DNA of 64,000 nt from Saccostrea echinata (Eukaryota), in assembly GCF_033153115.1 (NCBI RefSeq), contig NW_026889761.1, forward strand, positions 10,230,001 through 10,294,000, read 5' to 3'. Below the pieces are notes generated by a model. It made no database searches. It had not been told where the DNA came from and saw nothing but the letters and a program-made list of their open reading frames with translations. Of this stretch, positions 25,301-37,400 are shown one piece after another; positions within the stretch are counted from its first letter, which is position 1, and every line of letters begins with the position of its first letter. The position numbers were made by a program, and so were the translations under genes.

Positions 25301-28300
25301 AAATAAAATTGTCACATCGTGAACATGTAGAGGTCATATGCACACTGCACAGTACCACATGGAGGCACAAATTTGGAAAACCAAAGATATAATGTAATAA
25401 ACAGAATGTCAATGAATTGTAGTGGATATGGAATTTATTTCACACATCAGACAGGGTTTTAATATATTTTTATCCTTGCTCCACACTCAAGAAAAATCCT
25501 GTCCCACTTCCGAAATAAATTCCATATATCTAAGTACAAGATTATCCTCTTAGACTATATTTAAATCTATGCAGGGGTCTATATTTATCACTGTTTATTA
25601 TTAATATCTTCTTTTTTATCTATCCCACCTGCAAACTGTATTGATTTATATTGCAAAAATTCTTTAGACGGAAAATGCATATTAACATGGAAACAAACCA
25701 AGGCACTGCATATCTTTGTTCTCTCCCAATACAATGTATTGATCGATACTAAATTAAGGTGTTCTCCACAACACTGTAATATAACAACAGAGATTCAATC
25801 AATCAGGCTTTTTTGAGCTCTTAAAGCCAATTAATGGTTTACTTAATGTAGCATGACATGTCTAAAGATGAAACACTTGTCAGGAAATCTCTCAAGGCTT
25901 CAAAGCCAAGAGACCAATTATATCAATAATAGACAGGTTAATTTCAGAGGCTAGGCAAATATTGATTGAAAGTCAGGAAGGAATATGACACAGAGGCAAA
26001 TATTGCCATTATAACGAACAATATTACATATTATTTGGTATATTTGCAGCATGAATAAATTAATAGAAATCTACAATGGGTGAATTGTCTGCATGCAGAC
26101 TTAACTAACCATAAATCATATTCAGCAAATCTGAATGTTTGACAAGAGATTTCCTGTCCATCAATATTTCCCTTGGGAAGCAATGTGTCATGGAATCAAA
26201 TGCAACAAATATTTGCTGAATATTTTGTCTTGGCATTTAAAATGCATTAAACATATTCAGATGAATTCCATCAAATTTCAAAATAAGCGTAGACTAAAAT
26301 TATTGTGAAGACTTTACGACTTCAGAGTAAGAATGTGTAACAAGATTAAAATGATTAAGAATTTTTTGGTATGTTATGCCTTCATGTAAATTTAAGTGCT
26401 CAGGGCAGATAGTTTTTGATTTTGTACATATATCTATGATGACAAAACAAACAGCTCCTTAGAACCAGTCATGCAGTTCTTGTACATTATTTTTACTTTT
26501 ATTTTTAGAATAGCCTCATTGTACATTCTTCCCACTTCTAAAGCATCTTTTGATGATTATTTTATGATTTCACTTACTTAATAGTTCCTGGAATCTCTGC
26601 TCCATAAGGCACAGCTCCACCTGTTGGTAAAACAAAGCGGCCATTGCTATTTTGTACTTTGTCCTTGAGGAATATTGAAACCTAAAATAAATGGTAATCT
26701 TTAAAAATGTTTAAATTATAATTAAAAATATCAACAACAAAAAGTTTAAAAAAAAAAAACACCATTTTATTTTAAGAAGATGGGTGAACATGACGAGTGA
26801 AAAGCCTATAGTATGACAAACATGAAGGTGAAAAATCATCAATTCTCAATTATAACAAAATTTTCCTTGATATTTCATCTAACATTAAAATACACTTTAT
26901 GAAAAATCTCTACAATTTGCAAAAATCTCACAAAGATTGAAATTATTTGCCTATGAAATATTATACACACACTACAGAGGGCAAAAAGAGTCATTTTCTT
27001 TTACTAAAACACTATTTTTCGATATGAGTGGGTCTTCGCTCCATTTTTTTGAAAGTTAATCCTCAAAGTTTGCATAAAAATATACATCTTTTGGTTACCC
27101 AAAACATGGAACAATGACCCACTATACCTTAAAAATATACTTTTATGACATAACATTTGCATTATTTTCGAGAAACACTTGAAGTCCATTAAGTCAAGGG
27201 TCATATCACAAACATGATTTAAATGCCACTATTCATCAGGTCTTGTGTAGTCTAGTGGTTATAGTATGCTTGTCTCGAAAGAAAATGATACTTAGGATTT
27301 TTATTGTTAGGGTTCAAACCCCACGAGTACCACATTATTTTTTAATAAAAGAATAAATTGCCGAGAAAACTTTTCTCAGAAAAGTTTTGTTTATCATAAT
27401 TTCATAAACTTCAATAATAAGGACGTAACTCTAAATGCAAAATTCACAAACTGAACGTGATTTTTATATATCTGAAGCTATAGGCTTTCTGCATGCTATG
27501 TTCACCCATTTCCTTTCAAATTCATTGATACCTAAAATAAACATTATTAATAAATTGCAAAGGTTTGATTTTCAAAAAAAAAAAAAAAAAAAAATATAAA
27601 AAAATAAAATTTTTAAAAAATTGAAACGCAGGAGAACTAAAAAAAAAATCATTTATAAAGGTTTTACTAAAACTGCAAATAGCTAAAAATGACACTGAAT
27701 TCATGCAGATTGTGTTTTAGGTTAAAAGATCAAAATGTCATATAAAACCAACAACATTAACATTTTTTCTCTCCAACTTTTACCTCAACAGACCCAAGTA
27801 TCAAAATGAGACCACTCATCTATGAATCAATGAATTGATTTGAAATTGCATCAAAGGACATTGTATGTATTACAGCTCACTGGTTTGATCAATTAATCTA
27901 AGATTAAAGGACTCAATTAAGTCCCATCTCTCCCGTAAACTTAAATTTCTCGATAATTCATTACATGTATTAAAAGCACACAATGGTCCATACTGGTAAA
28001 TTTTCAGCAGATCTTTTCTGAGTGTAAAATTTCTTTTTAGTAAATTTTGTCATAAAACAGATATTACAATACATTCATCTGAGGGTGCATTTTACAAAGA
28101 ATGAAACCTATACTTACCCTTATATGCATATCTTGGAAAAAATTTAGTAGTGTCTGTCTTATAAGCTGAAATTCTCCCATAGAAAGAGATCCAAAAGTCT
28201 AAAAAGAAACAAAATATATATAAGGACACTTTTTTAACTGAAACATTTGACTACATGGACATAGTTATCCTCTATGAATTGACTGTATCAATCAACATTT

Positions 28301-31300
28301 TTGTCGTCATTCTTTGCAATATTGCAGACCACTATATTTTTGTGACACCTAATGTTGTGAAATTGTTATTTAATATTTATAAGAAAGACAAAATTTTCCA
28401 TGCATTCAGACTGTTGTTGTACATGTATACATATTAAATCTTTATTAATAGAAATGTATGTTAAGATTGAAAATTTGGCTTGCAGAGGCCTAAGTAAAAA
28501 CATGTACATCACAAATAAAAAGTAATAGGAAAACTCATTTACAGGGAAGTCCCTGGAAACTCTTATTCTGCTTTCTTATAACCATTAAGCTGCTTTATAT
28601 CCATATAAGAAACAAAGTGAAGAGTTTTCTGTGGGATTTATAAAAGTTTCCTTATAAGTGAGTTCTTTGTATCTGAGTTTGACTGTATTTTATAAGCTTT
28701 ACCTCTATCAGTAGTCTGTAGACATGATCATTCTTTATATCTGTGTGTTACTGTATATAAGCTTTACCTCTATCAGTAGCCTGTAGACATGATCGTTCTT
28801 TATATCTGAGTGTTACTGTATATAAGCTTCACCTCTATCAGTAGCCTGTAGACATGATCGTTCTTTATATCTGAGTGTTACTGTATATAAGCTTTACCTC
28901 TATCAGTAGCCTGTAGACATGATGGTTCTATATATCTGAGTGTTACTGTATATAAGCTTCACCTCTATCAGTAGCCTGTAGACATGATGGTTCTTTATAT
29001 CTGAGTGTTACTGTATATAAGCTTCACCTCTATGAGTAGCCTGTAGACATGATCGTTCTTTATATCTGAGTGTTACTGTATATAAGCTTCACCTCTATAA
29101 GTAGTCTGTAGACATGATCGTTCTTTATATCTGAGTGTTACTGTATATAAGCTTTACCTCTATCAGTAGCCTGTAGACATGATCGTTCTATATATCTGAG
29201 TGTTACTGTATATAAGCTTTACCTCTATCAGTAGCCTGTAGACATGATGGTTCTTTATATCTGAGTGTTACTGTATATAAGCTTTACCTCTATCAGTAGC
29301 CTGTAGACATGATCGTTCTTTATATCTGAGTTTGACTGTATCTAAGCTTCACCTCTATCAGTAGTCTGTAGACATGATCGTTCTTTATATCTGTGTGTTA
29401 CTGTATATAAGCTTTACCTCTATCAGTAGCCTGTAGACATGATCGTTCTATATATCTGAGTGTTACTGTATATAAGCTTTACCTCTATCAGTAGCCTGTA
29501 GACATGATGGTTCTTTATATCTGAGTGTTACTGTATATAAGCTTTACCTCTATCAGTAGTCTGTAGACATGATCGTTCTTTATATCTGAGTGTTACTGTA
29601 TATAAGCTTTACCTCTATCAGTAGTCTGTAGACATGATCGTTCTATATATCTGAGTGTGACTGTATCTAAGCTTTACCTCTATCAGTAGCCTGTAGACAT
29701 GATCGTTCTTTATATCTGAGTGTTACTGTATATAAGCTTTACCTCTATCAGTAGCCTGTAGACATGATGGTTCTTTATATCTGAGTGTTACTGTATATAA
29801 GCTTCACCTCTATAAGTAGTCTGTAGACATGATCGTTCTTTATATCTGAGTGTTACTGTATATAAGCTTTACCTCTATCAGTAGCCTGTAGACATGATCG
29901 TTCTATATATCTGAGTGTTACTGTATATAAGCTTTACCTCAATCAGTAGTCTGTAGACATGATCGTTCTTTATATCTGAGTTTGACTGTATCTAAGCTTT
30001 ACCTCTATCAGTAGTCTGTAGACATGATCGTTCTTTATATCTGAGTTTGACTGTATCTAAGCTTTACCTCTATCAGTAGCCTGTAGACATGATCGTTCTT
30101 TATATCTGAGTGTTACTGTATATAAGCTTTACCTCTATCAGTAGCCTGTAGACATGATCGTTCTATATATCTGAGTGTTACTGTATATAAGCTTTACCTC
30201 AATCAGTAGTCTGTAGACATGATCGTTCTTTATATCTGAGTGTTACTGTATATAAGCTTTACCTCAATCAGTAGTCTGTAGACATGATCGTTCTTTATAT
30301 CTGAGTGTTACTGTATATAAGCTTTACCTCTATCAGTAGTCTGTAGACATGATCGTTCTTTATATCTGAGTGTTACTGTATATAAGCTTTACCTCTATCA
30401 GTAGCCTGTAGACATGATCGTTCTTTATATCTGAGTGTTACTGTATATAAGCTTTACCTCTATCAGTAGCCTGTAGACATGATGGTTCTTTATATCTGAG
30501 TGTTACTGTATATAAGCTTTACCTCTATCAGTAGCCTGTAGACATGATTGTTCTTTATATCTGAGTGTTACTGTATCTAAGCTTTACCTCTATCAGTAGC
30601 CTGTAGACATGATCGTTCTATATATCTGAGTGTTACTGTATATAAGCTTTACCTCTATCAGTAGTCTGTAGACATGATCGTTCTTTATATCTGAGTGTTA
30701 CTGTATATAAGCTTTACCTCTATCAGTAGCCTGTAGACATGATGGTTCTTTATATCTGAGTGTTACTGTATATAAGCTTTACCTCTATCAGTAATCTGTA
30801 GACATGATCGTTCTTTATATCTGAGTGTTACTGTATATAAGCTTTACCTCTATCAGTAGTCTGTAGACATGATCGTTCTTTATATCTGAGTGTTACTGTA
30901 TATAAGCTTTACCTCTATCAGTAGCCTGTAGACATGATGGTTCTTTATATCTGTGTGTTACTGTATATAAGCTTTACCTCTATAAGTAGTCTGTAGACAT
31001 GATCCACTTGTTGCTTGATGTTTGGCTGACCTTCAACAAAGGCACGGATGGCATCCATGTGATTTAATGTGATCAGTATGATCTCCTTTGGCCTTAGACA
31101 CAGTGACACTTGGTACTTGAAGGCCATTGTCATCAGGTCATATAGCTAGAAATAAAAGAAGTTTCATGGAGTCTCTACATTCATTTTTACATCTTTAAGA
31201 TTCTTTAGCTTCCTCAACATTATTATCAAATTTTCTATTGCCTGGTTAAATTTTTCCTTTTAAGACATATTGAATACATTGCAATGTTTATGGCCAGCAA

Positions 31301-34300
31301 TTTGATCATGAACATTTCCTGAAACTAACTGAGGAATATTGATAAGTTTCTTGCAAAATTGGTATATTCAATGTTCAGCAGATCTAAGTAGTTTATGTCA
31401 ACATTTATGCAGTACTAGCTCATGTACTTAAAGATTAAGCACTAATAAGAACTTTTCTGATGGAAAAAAGGTTAACAGCTAGTGCAAACTTGCTTGAGGA
31501 CTAGTAAATGTCAACAAGAAAAATTTGCAAATTGTTCGAAAAGTTCGTGGACGATGTCAATCTTTGTTATACTACTTCCAAGAAATTTAAAATAAGCACA
31601 ATATTATGTGTAAAAATATTTGTTTTGTTGATCTGTGAAATTTCATTTCATTCGATTTGATAGAAATTAATTTACTTCATTTTAAAATCAACATGTTTTG
31701 TAACCACGGAGCACACTTAAAATCAATGTAACGTCAAAAACATAGCGTCAAGAATTTCTTAAAAATACTATCCCTATACATTCACACAGTTTAGTACAAT
31801 ACCCACGTATTAAAAACCTTTTTCAATCACTTGACATTTATTTTTCTAACAATTGTTCTCGTTTTATAATTTCCTTGGTTAATGTTTAATTTCTTTTACC
31901 GCTTAACTGTGCTTTCACAAGATCAACAACTCTGAAGCGCCTACGTCTTTCCATGACGTCCCAACTTTTAAAAGTTTTCGTTCAGATTTTTACAGTTAAA
32001 CCGTTTCTTCACAGATTGTCCTGGTCCGATACAGAGTCTCTGTCACTCAAATACCGCCTCTACCATTTACGCACACATGCACTACTCGCTTGTGGCATTT
32101 TTTCTGATTCCTCCAACATTTTAGCGTTAATTCAGGATTTTCCACGAGTATAACACAAAACTGCATCGTTATCTGCTGCTCCGTGACGTTCTGCAACGTC
32201 ATCGTTTTTGTCGTTTTCAATGAGGACTATCTATCTTCTCAAATTGATTTCTTTTTACCGAAGCAAAATATTAAGCCATAATTTGGAATACGAATCGATG
32301 TAACAGTTCTTAATTTAACCGTCTAGGATTTTTTCGTTTTTGCTCCATTTTACAGAGAAGATGACTACAGACATTATTTAGTGTACTGTTTGTAAATAAC
32401 TAAATTTTGACCTGCGCCGCGATCCGATTTTTGCAGTTTTAAATTCTGGATAAGTTTTAAATAAATCATGCTATTTTTGAAAAATTTCATACTAATCATT
32501 TAAATTTATTGTTAAAATATTTCTACCAAATTTGGATGACATATGACGTTAAATAAAAAAGATATGAAAGAAGTCCACGAACTTTTCGAACAACCCTCGT
32601 AGTATATATATTTTTGAAAATGCTTCCTTAGTTAGTTTCTGCAAAATAGAACATGATTATGACTTTATAAATATGTTTAACTTTTCTTGCCAAGGAAAGC
32701 TCTACATCTACTTGTAACTTAGAACTTTTTTAAAACATTCTATCAGATTCTTCCAGGATTCTTTTGTGTTCTATCATATATTCTATCAGATCTAAAGCAG
32801 CTGGAAGGAAAACACTGTTTTTTTTTCCATGATGCAACAAATACAAACAAATCTTACTTTGTCCATGCTTGGGGCATTCAGCCTCATGATTGAGGCATGA
32901 GCTAATCTGTCAAACACTGTCCTCATGGCTTTTTTGGAATACAGAGGCTGGGGCTTAAATAACTCCTCCATGAATCTTTTGTGGAACATTGTAGATATGA
33001 TATCATGTAGAACTGTAAAATGAAGAAAATATGTTTATACAAACAAATTAAATTTGGCACTAAATATGACACAGTAAATAAACTACAAGTATAAACTATG
33101 TGTACACCTTTGCCCATTATATCCAACAGGTTGGTACAAGATTTAAGATGGCACAAATATATAATACACCTTGGCCAAAGAAAATTTTTGTGACAGATAA
33201 GATTTCAGATCTATTTGATTGTTTCTGTTATATGAGTTTGTTCAAGGCTTAATTTACCTAGTATATTCTCTTTGAAGACAGGGTTTGACATTAACTTTTA
33301 TGAGTACTAGACTAGTCGGGCTACTTCCCATAATTTTTACTAGCCCTGACCATATAAAAATCACTAGCCCTGACCAAACTTGAAAATTTTACTTTTTATA
33401 ACTTGCTAATTATTATGGGAAAAAGGTTGGAAACCATACTTTTAATAAAGATATATTCTCTCCCACCTGTTAAGATATATTTTTACAGATTGTTCTATAA
33501 GTCGCAGGCCAGTGAGCCAGGATAAGCGGGACATGCGAATATTATATGCCTTAAAGAACATTCAACAAACTTTAATAAAATAATTACCATAAATATAAAT
33601 AAATTAAAGAATATATTATTCAATAACTATTCATTCCAATTGATACTGAATGAAGCTAGTTTCAATGACTAATCTATTACAGCCCGATTAAAATGTTTTA
33701 GAATATTTACTTGACTGAAATGAGGGTTAAACTTTATTTCATCCACATGACCAGTCAGTCTAGATCAAGAACATTTTACATGACCGGACCACTCATTTAC
33801 TAGACTGGGTCGGTCGGGCGTGCCTTAGTGTCAAACCCTGGAAGAAGTGGACAGGCATAGCCTTTGGATGTATGCCATGCCTGTCCACTTCTCTAAAGAG
33901 TATAACGTTCAAAGGAATTGTTGTAAGTTGGATGCGGTCGATTTTTTCTATAATATAAGGCTTTAATATGAAAAAAGGCACGGTTGCAGTTCTATACATA
34001 TATTTTAAAATGTGACATACAGAAAAATGAGTATACATGTACTTATCTTTGAGACAAACAAACAATTTCTCAAAAATCTTGATCCGTGTGAAAGGTTAAT
34101 AAAATATTTTTTTTGCATGCAGTGTAACCGATTTTCGTAAAAAGATAGGCCTACTATCTTAATGCAGTACAGCCTACAGGCATGTAAGCACCCCCTGGCT
34201 GGTAGAATGGATTAATAATACTGCACTTACCTTTCCTTGATTTTTCATTTGGAATATTTTGAGCTCTTAGTCTTTGGTCCAAAATATAAATCATTTCACC

Positions 34301-34342
34301 GCCTAGGTTAATAAACAGTAGCGGTAAAGTTTTGTACGACAT
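19369..34342 (-). CDS. OSCP1: Protein OSCP1 (organic solute carrier partner 1 / NOR1), complete multi-exon gene
   Basis: Exons (minus): 34342-34231 (MSYKTLPLLFINLGGEMIYILDQRLRAQNIP), 33012-32858, 31145-30978, 28198-28118, 26681-26578, 25230-25102, [23784-23761], 22314-22239, 21424-21303, 21104-21035, [20276-20262], [20107-20105], 19473-19369 (TGA). All GT-AG and phase-consistent. Conserved motifs LAHASIMRLN, SMDKLYDLMTMAFKYQ, IRQTLLNFFQDMHIRVSIFL and C-terminal EDDLLNLMD. Confidence 0.94.
19662..19832. mobile_element. Tc1/mariner-type MITE (cagtcaaacc..gttatctcgaac family)
   Basis: TA|cagtcaaaccccgttatctcgaac ... gttcgagataccgaagttccactg|TA; related copies at 21559-22172, 42233-42398 and partial ~39475-39565. 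Confidence 0.85.
20105..20107 (-). CDS. OSCP1: Candidate 3-nt microexon of OSCP1 (CCA, Pro)
   Basis: Minus strand ...ttttttcttctcctctctgtctcTAG|CCA|GTAAGT: long polypyrimidine tract, perfect donor, phase-0 intron. Confidence 0.6.
20262..20276 (-). CDS. OSCP1: Candidate 15-nt microexon of OSCP1 (ADQGH)
   Basis: Minus strand ...tctaTGCatctgtTAG|GCTGACCAGGGCCAT|GTAAGT; phase 0-0. Confidence 0.6.
21559..22172. mobile_element. Same MITE family, interrupted by a nested insertion
   Basis: Ends match the 19662-19832 copy; TA TSDs. Confidence 0.85.
21653..22089. mobile_element. Nested PIF/Harbinger-like MITE
   Basis: ~44-bp TIR agagaggttaagcagatgaccgtgtacgtctacgtgtacgtgta / tacacgtacacgtagacgcacacggtcaaatgcttaacctctct; 3-bp TSD AAT. 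Confidence 0.75.
22645..23482 (-). mobile_element. Internally deleted Tc1-like transposon with transposase remnant
   Basis: TIRs tactgaaacccaaaagaaacgcaaca / tgttgcgtttcttttgcgtttcagta with TA flanks; minus-strand remnant 'NDSPWTGSPRVTT' (decayed GRPR linker) and 'IRPHHLKNRHL'. Confidence 0.75.
23761..23784 (-). CDS. OSCP1: Candidate 24-nt microexon of OSCP1 (YIHAYGQQ)
   Basis: Minus strand ...actaattttaTAG|GTACATACATGCCTATGGCCAACA|GTGAGT; phase 2-2, open in frame. Confidence 0.55.
24045..24190. mobile_element. 146-bp MITE with CAGGG termini and 5-bp TSD (hAT5-like)
   Basis: TIR cagggttgtccataaga / tcttagggacaaccctg; TSD AATAA on both sides. Confidence 0.8.
24524..24871. mobile_element. MITE with 7-bp TSD (P-element-like or hAT variant)
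   Basis: TIR cagggctctaa / ttagaggcctg; TSD ACATGTG; many internal tggcg(a/c)ctaa motifs. Confidence 0.75.
28670..31003 (-). repeat. 60-bp tandem array (~39 copies) derived from the end of OSCP1 exon 3, its 5' splice site and a MITE-like terminus
   Basis: Minus-strand unit GATCATGTCTACAGRCTACTGATAGAG|GTAAAGCTTATATACAGTAACACTCAGATATAAAGAAC; the first copy is the real exon end (30978). Confidence 0.95.
31532..32599. mobile_element. Non-autonomous mariner-like element
   Basis: Inverted ends ttgttcgaaaagttcgtggac / gtccacgaacttttcgaacaaccctcg|TA; left tip eroded. Confidence 0.7.
33279..33840. mobile_element. Non-autonomous CAGGG-ended element with 5-bp TSD (hAT5-like)
   Basis: TIR cagggtttgaca / tgtcaaaccctg; TSD GAAGA. 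Confidence 0.8.
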
Positions 34343-34458
34343 TTTGATTTCTTTCTAAATCGATCTGTCGGATCTCGTCGAAGAGCTTCACGTTGTTAGA
34401 AGGTGAAGGTCATTGTCAGGTGCCCTTTGGAACACCTCGGGCAAACAGTTCAACGAAC
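34343..34458. promoter_or_regulatory. Very short divergent interval between OSCP1 and CYP39A1
   Basis: Start codons only 116 bp apart on opposite strands. Confidence 0.6.
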
Positions 34459-37400
34459 ATGGATGTGCTTTCACTTTCCCTTGAACCTGTTGCACTTTTA
34501 ACTGCATTAATTCTCGCTCTCTCGATTTTTTACTTCTTTTCGTACAGGAAAAGACTGCAAAATAACAAATATCCCCCATCATATGAAGGTTGGATTCCGT
34601 GGTTAGGATGTGCTTTTGAGTTCGGGGTAGCACCACTAGGTTTTATAGAGAAAAAGAGGAGGGAGGTTTGTACTATAAACTTTCCAGTACAGACAATGTT
34701 ATTTAATTTAAAAAAAATCTTTGAAAAAACTCATAGTTATCTCCAAAGCAGTCCAACTCGATGACACTGGCGCATTAACTTAATTTGGGGGGTGTAAACA
34801 CCTATTTGCGAAATATTGCGTTTTAAGGGAGATAACTCGTTTGTCACTCAGAAATGTCAACATGGTCAAAGTCTTACTGTATGAGAAATATCCATTTTTA
34901 AGGAAAGAAATTATTTTCTCACTTGTACTGAATTCATTTATATGTCATCCATGCTGTTAATTCAGACCTATGAGAGAAGCATTAAAATACTAAAGAGAGA
35001 AAATTCTATAAATTCAATATATTTTGTGGAGGTTCAAGTTTCATGGATTTTGTTTGTACCCCTGTCCCGTGAATCTAATTCATAAGTTTTTCACAAAAGT
35101 ATGACTTGAAAACCAATTTTCTTTAGTTTGCCTATAACACATTTTCTTTAAAAGGTTTGTGAACCAATTTGATTAAAGCTAAGCGTTATTTTATCTCCAC
35201 AGCTTGGTCCTATATTCACACTTGGAGTGGCTGGCGAGAGGCTGACATTTCTGACAGAGAATGAGGACTTCTATCATTTCTTTCAGTCTTCTAATGTTGA
35301 CTTCCAGAGAGCGGTCCAGGACTCTGTCCAAAATGTGGGTATGTGCATCAGTAGTGAATTCCAGGCTGTAAAGGTCTAATACTTCCCACTTTTTTTGTTA
35401 TTGCATTTTCTTTTTTTTCAGTATTCTGAGCTGACAAGAAGAACATTGTTTACATTTATAATATATAGTAAAAGTTGTCAAATCTGGATATTATGTAATC
35501 CGAAATCTTGCCTGTCACAGTGTAAAGTTTTAGTCACTTTCATTAAATTTTAAAATTAATTGTTTGAATGTTATCTAGTCCAGAATGTTGTCTAATCTGG
35601 CCAATTTCTATGGAAGCAGTGGTGTCCAGATTAGACAAGTTTTTACTGTAATATGGTATGTCCTTTCACCTCACAACAAGAAAATATATCAGAAATCTCA
35701 GACCAGATATGTAAAGCTTCAGCTTAGAATTTGTTTACCTCAGCTAGTATAGCTACAGCATGCATTTAACACAGTAACTGAGACTATCAACACATTATAT
35801 AAATGAAATTTATTTTTAAAAAATTCAGAACAAAAGATATGTAATTCTAGCTTCTGTCAGTGAGGAATCTTTCATGCAAAACCACACCAAGATTCATGAT
35901 ATGTTGAAGGGACGGCTAGCATCTTCACGCCTGAGTGAAGTCACACCTCATTTGCTTCAGCAGTTTAAGGAGAGGATACTCACTGTATTTGGTCCAGAAG
36001 GTAGTTATTGTTCAGGAAATTTTTTGTTTTTAATGGGATTGTGTATATTTTTTTTAAAAAAATTAAGTAATGCATCAGAATACATTTACAGTATTTTCCA
36101 AACAATTTCAGGGGAGAGTGATCTGTTCAACTTAGTCAGGAAAACTATGTATGCTGGTGTTATAAACAACTTGTTTGGTGACAATACACTCCCAACAGAG
36201 GAAGCAGAGGTATTAACTCTAAAACACCACACTACAGTCAATTAATAATCATTTGAAGTACAGATCTGTACAATTCTTGCTAATGTATTAATTTATTTTT
36301 TTGCTTCAGGAATTTGAAAGGCTCTGTAAACATTTTGTTATATTTGATGAACAGTTTGAGTATGGAGCAAGGTTACCTCCAGTGTTTATCAGGTAAAAAC
36401 TCTCTTTCATTGAGGCTGCTTTATATACCCAAAAAAGAAAATTAATGCACCCACTAGCTAGTGGAAAGAATTATTACCATATACTACATTAGGGTTCAAA
36501 TGTTTATCCTTTGGTATTTCCTCTTTAAAGATGAGACTATTTAAATTCTGTGCTAATGGATACAGACTTTAATCCTTTCCACCTTTATGAAACATAGATT
36601 TTGAACCCAATTTGTAATGCAAATGTATAACAAATTTACCTCCCTTGTGACAGAATAATGATTTCTAAGTCTTAGACATTTTTATTCATCCAGAATTAAA
36701 ATTTGTACTGGGGGGAATGGGGGCCAGTTTAAGCTTTGACATGATAATTCATTTGTAGTTGGTGCATAAAAATTGGTTATGAAATTCAATATTAAATTGT
36801 TCCTAGTTAGTAAAAAGATTTTTCTAACTTGCCCTGTCACAATCATGCAAATAACATTTCATAAAATCATGTCATAAATGGACTTGTCCAAGGTAATTGG
36901 ACACCTGTTGAAGAACAGTACTGTTGTCCATGGGAAGGTATTAAATATATTTCTTAAAATTTAACTTGCTGTCTTTTGTGAAAAAAATTAGACAATTTCG
37001 CTTCAAAAATGCTTCAAGTATGCTATATTTAAATGTGATGTCAAGTGGATTGACATATGTTTTTGTCATATTGTGACATAGACAACAGAGGTTATATGAT
37101 ATAAACTTATTTATCTTTCCAATGAAATGGCGCATTACAACAAGAATTAAATTATTTACTATTTCATAAATTTACTGTAAACCAATTCATCGAAACATCT
37201 TTATCCATGATTCATAAGCGTGAAATACATCTGCGACTACTAATTTTTGCTACTCAGGAAACATTTAGCATAATGGCTCATGGCGAGAAATTTCATGAGT
37301 AAAAGAAGGTTGTGAAACTCGCACATATTTCTCACAGGTGAATCAAAGTTGGTTTACAGTATATGATTAATTTTGTTGAACAATTAGAACTTTACAACAA

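Noticed and set aside
27238-27335. tRNA gene (A-box TAGTCTAGTGG, B-box GGTTCAAACCC)
   Set aside because: No clean cloverleaf or anticodon arm; probably a decayed tRNA-derived segment within a repeat.
28670-31003. CRISPR-like regular array
   Set aside because: Units are contiguous near-identical 60-mers with no unique spacers, there are no cas genes, and the context is a eukaryotic intron.
34388-34636. Minus-strand 82-aa ORF and the N-terminal extension of the 34393 ORF
   Set aside because: The minus ORF is antisense to CYP39A1 exon 1; the 34393 start is a TTG, and ATG 34459 gives a normal P450 signal-anchor.
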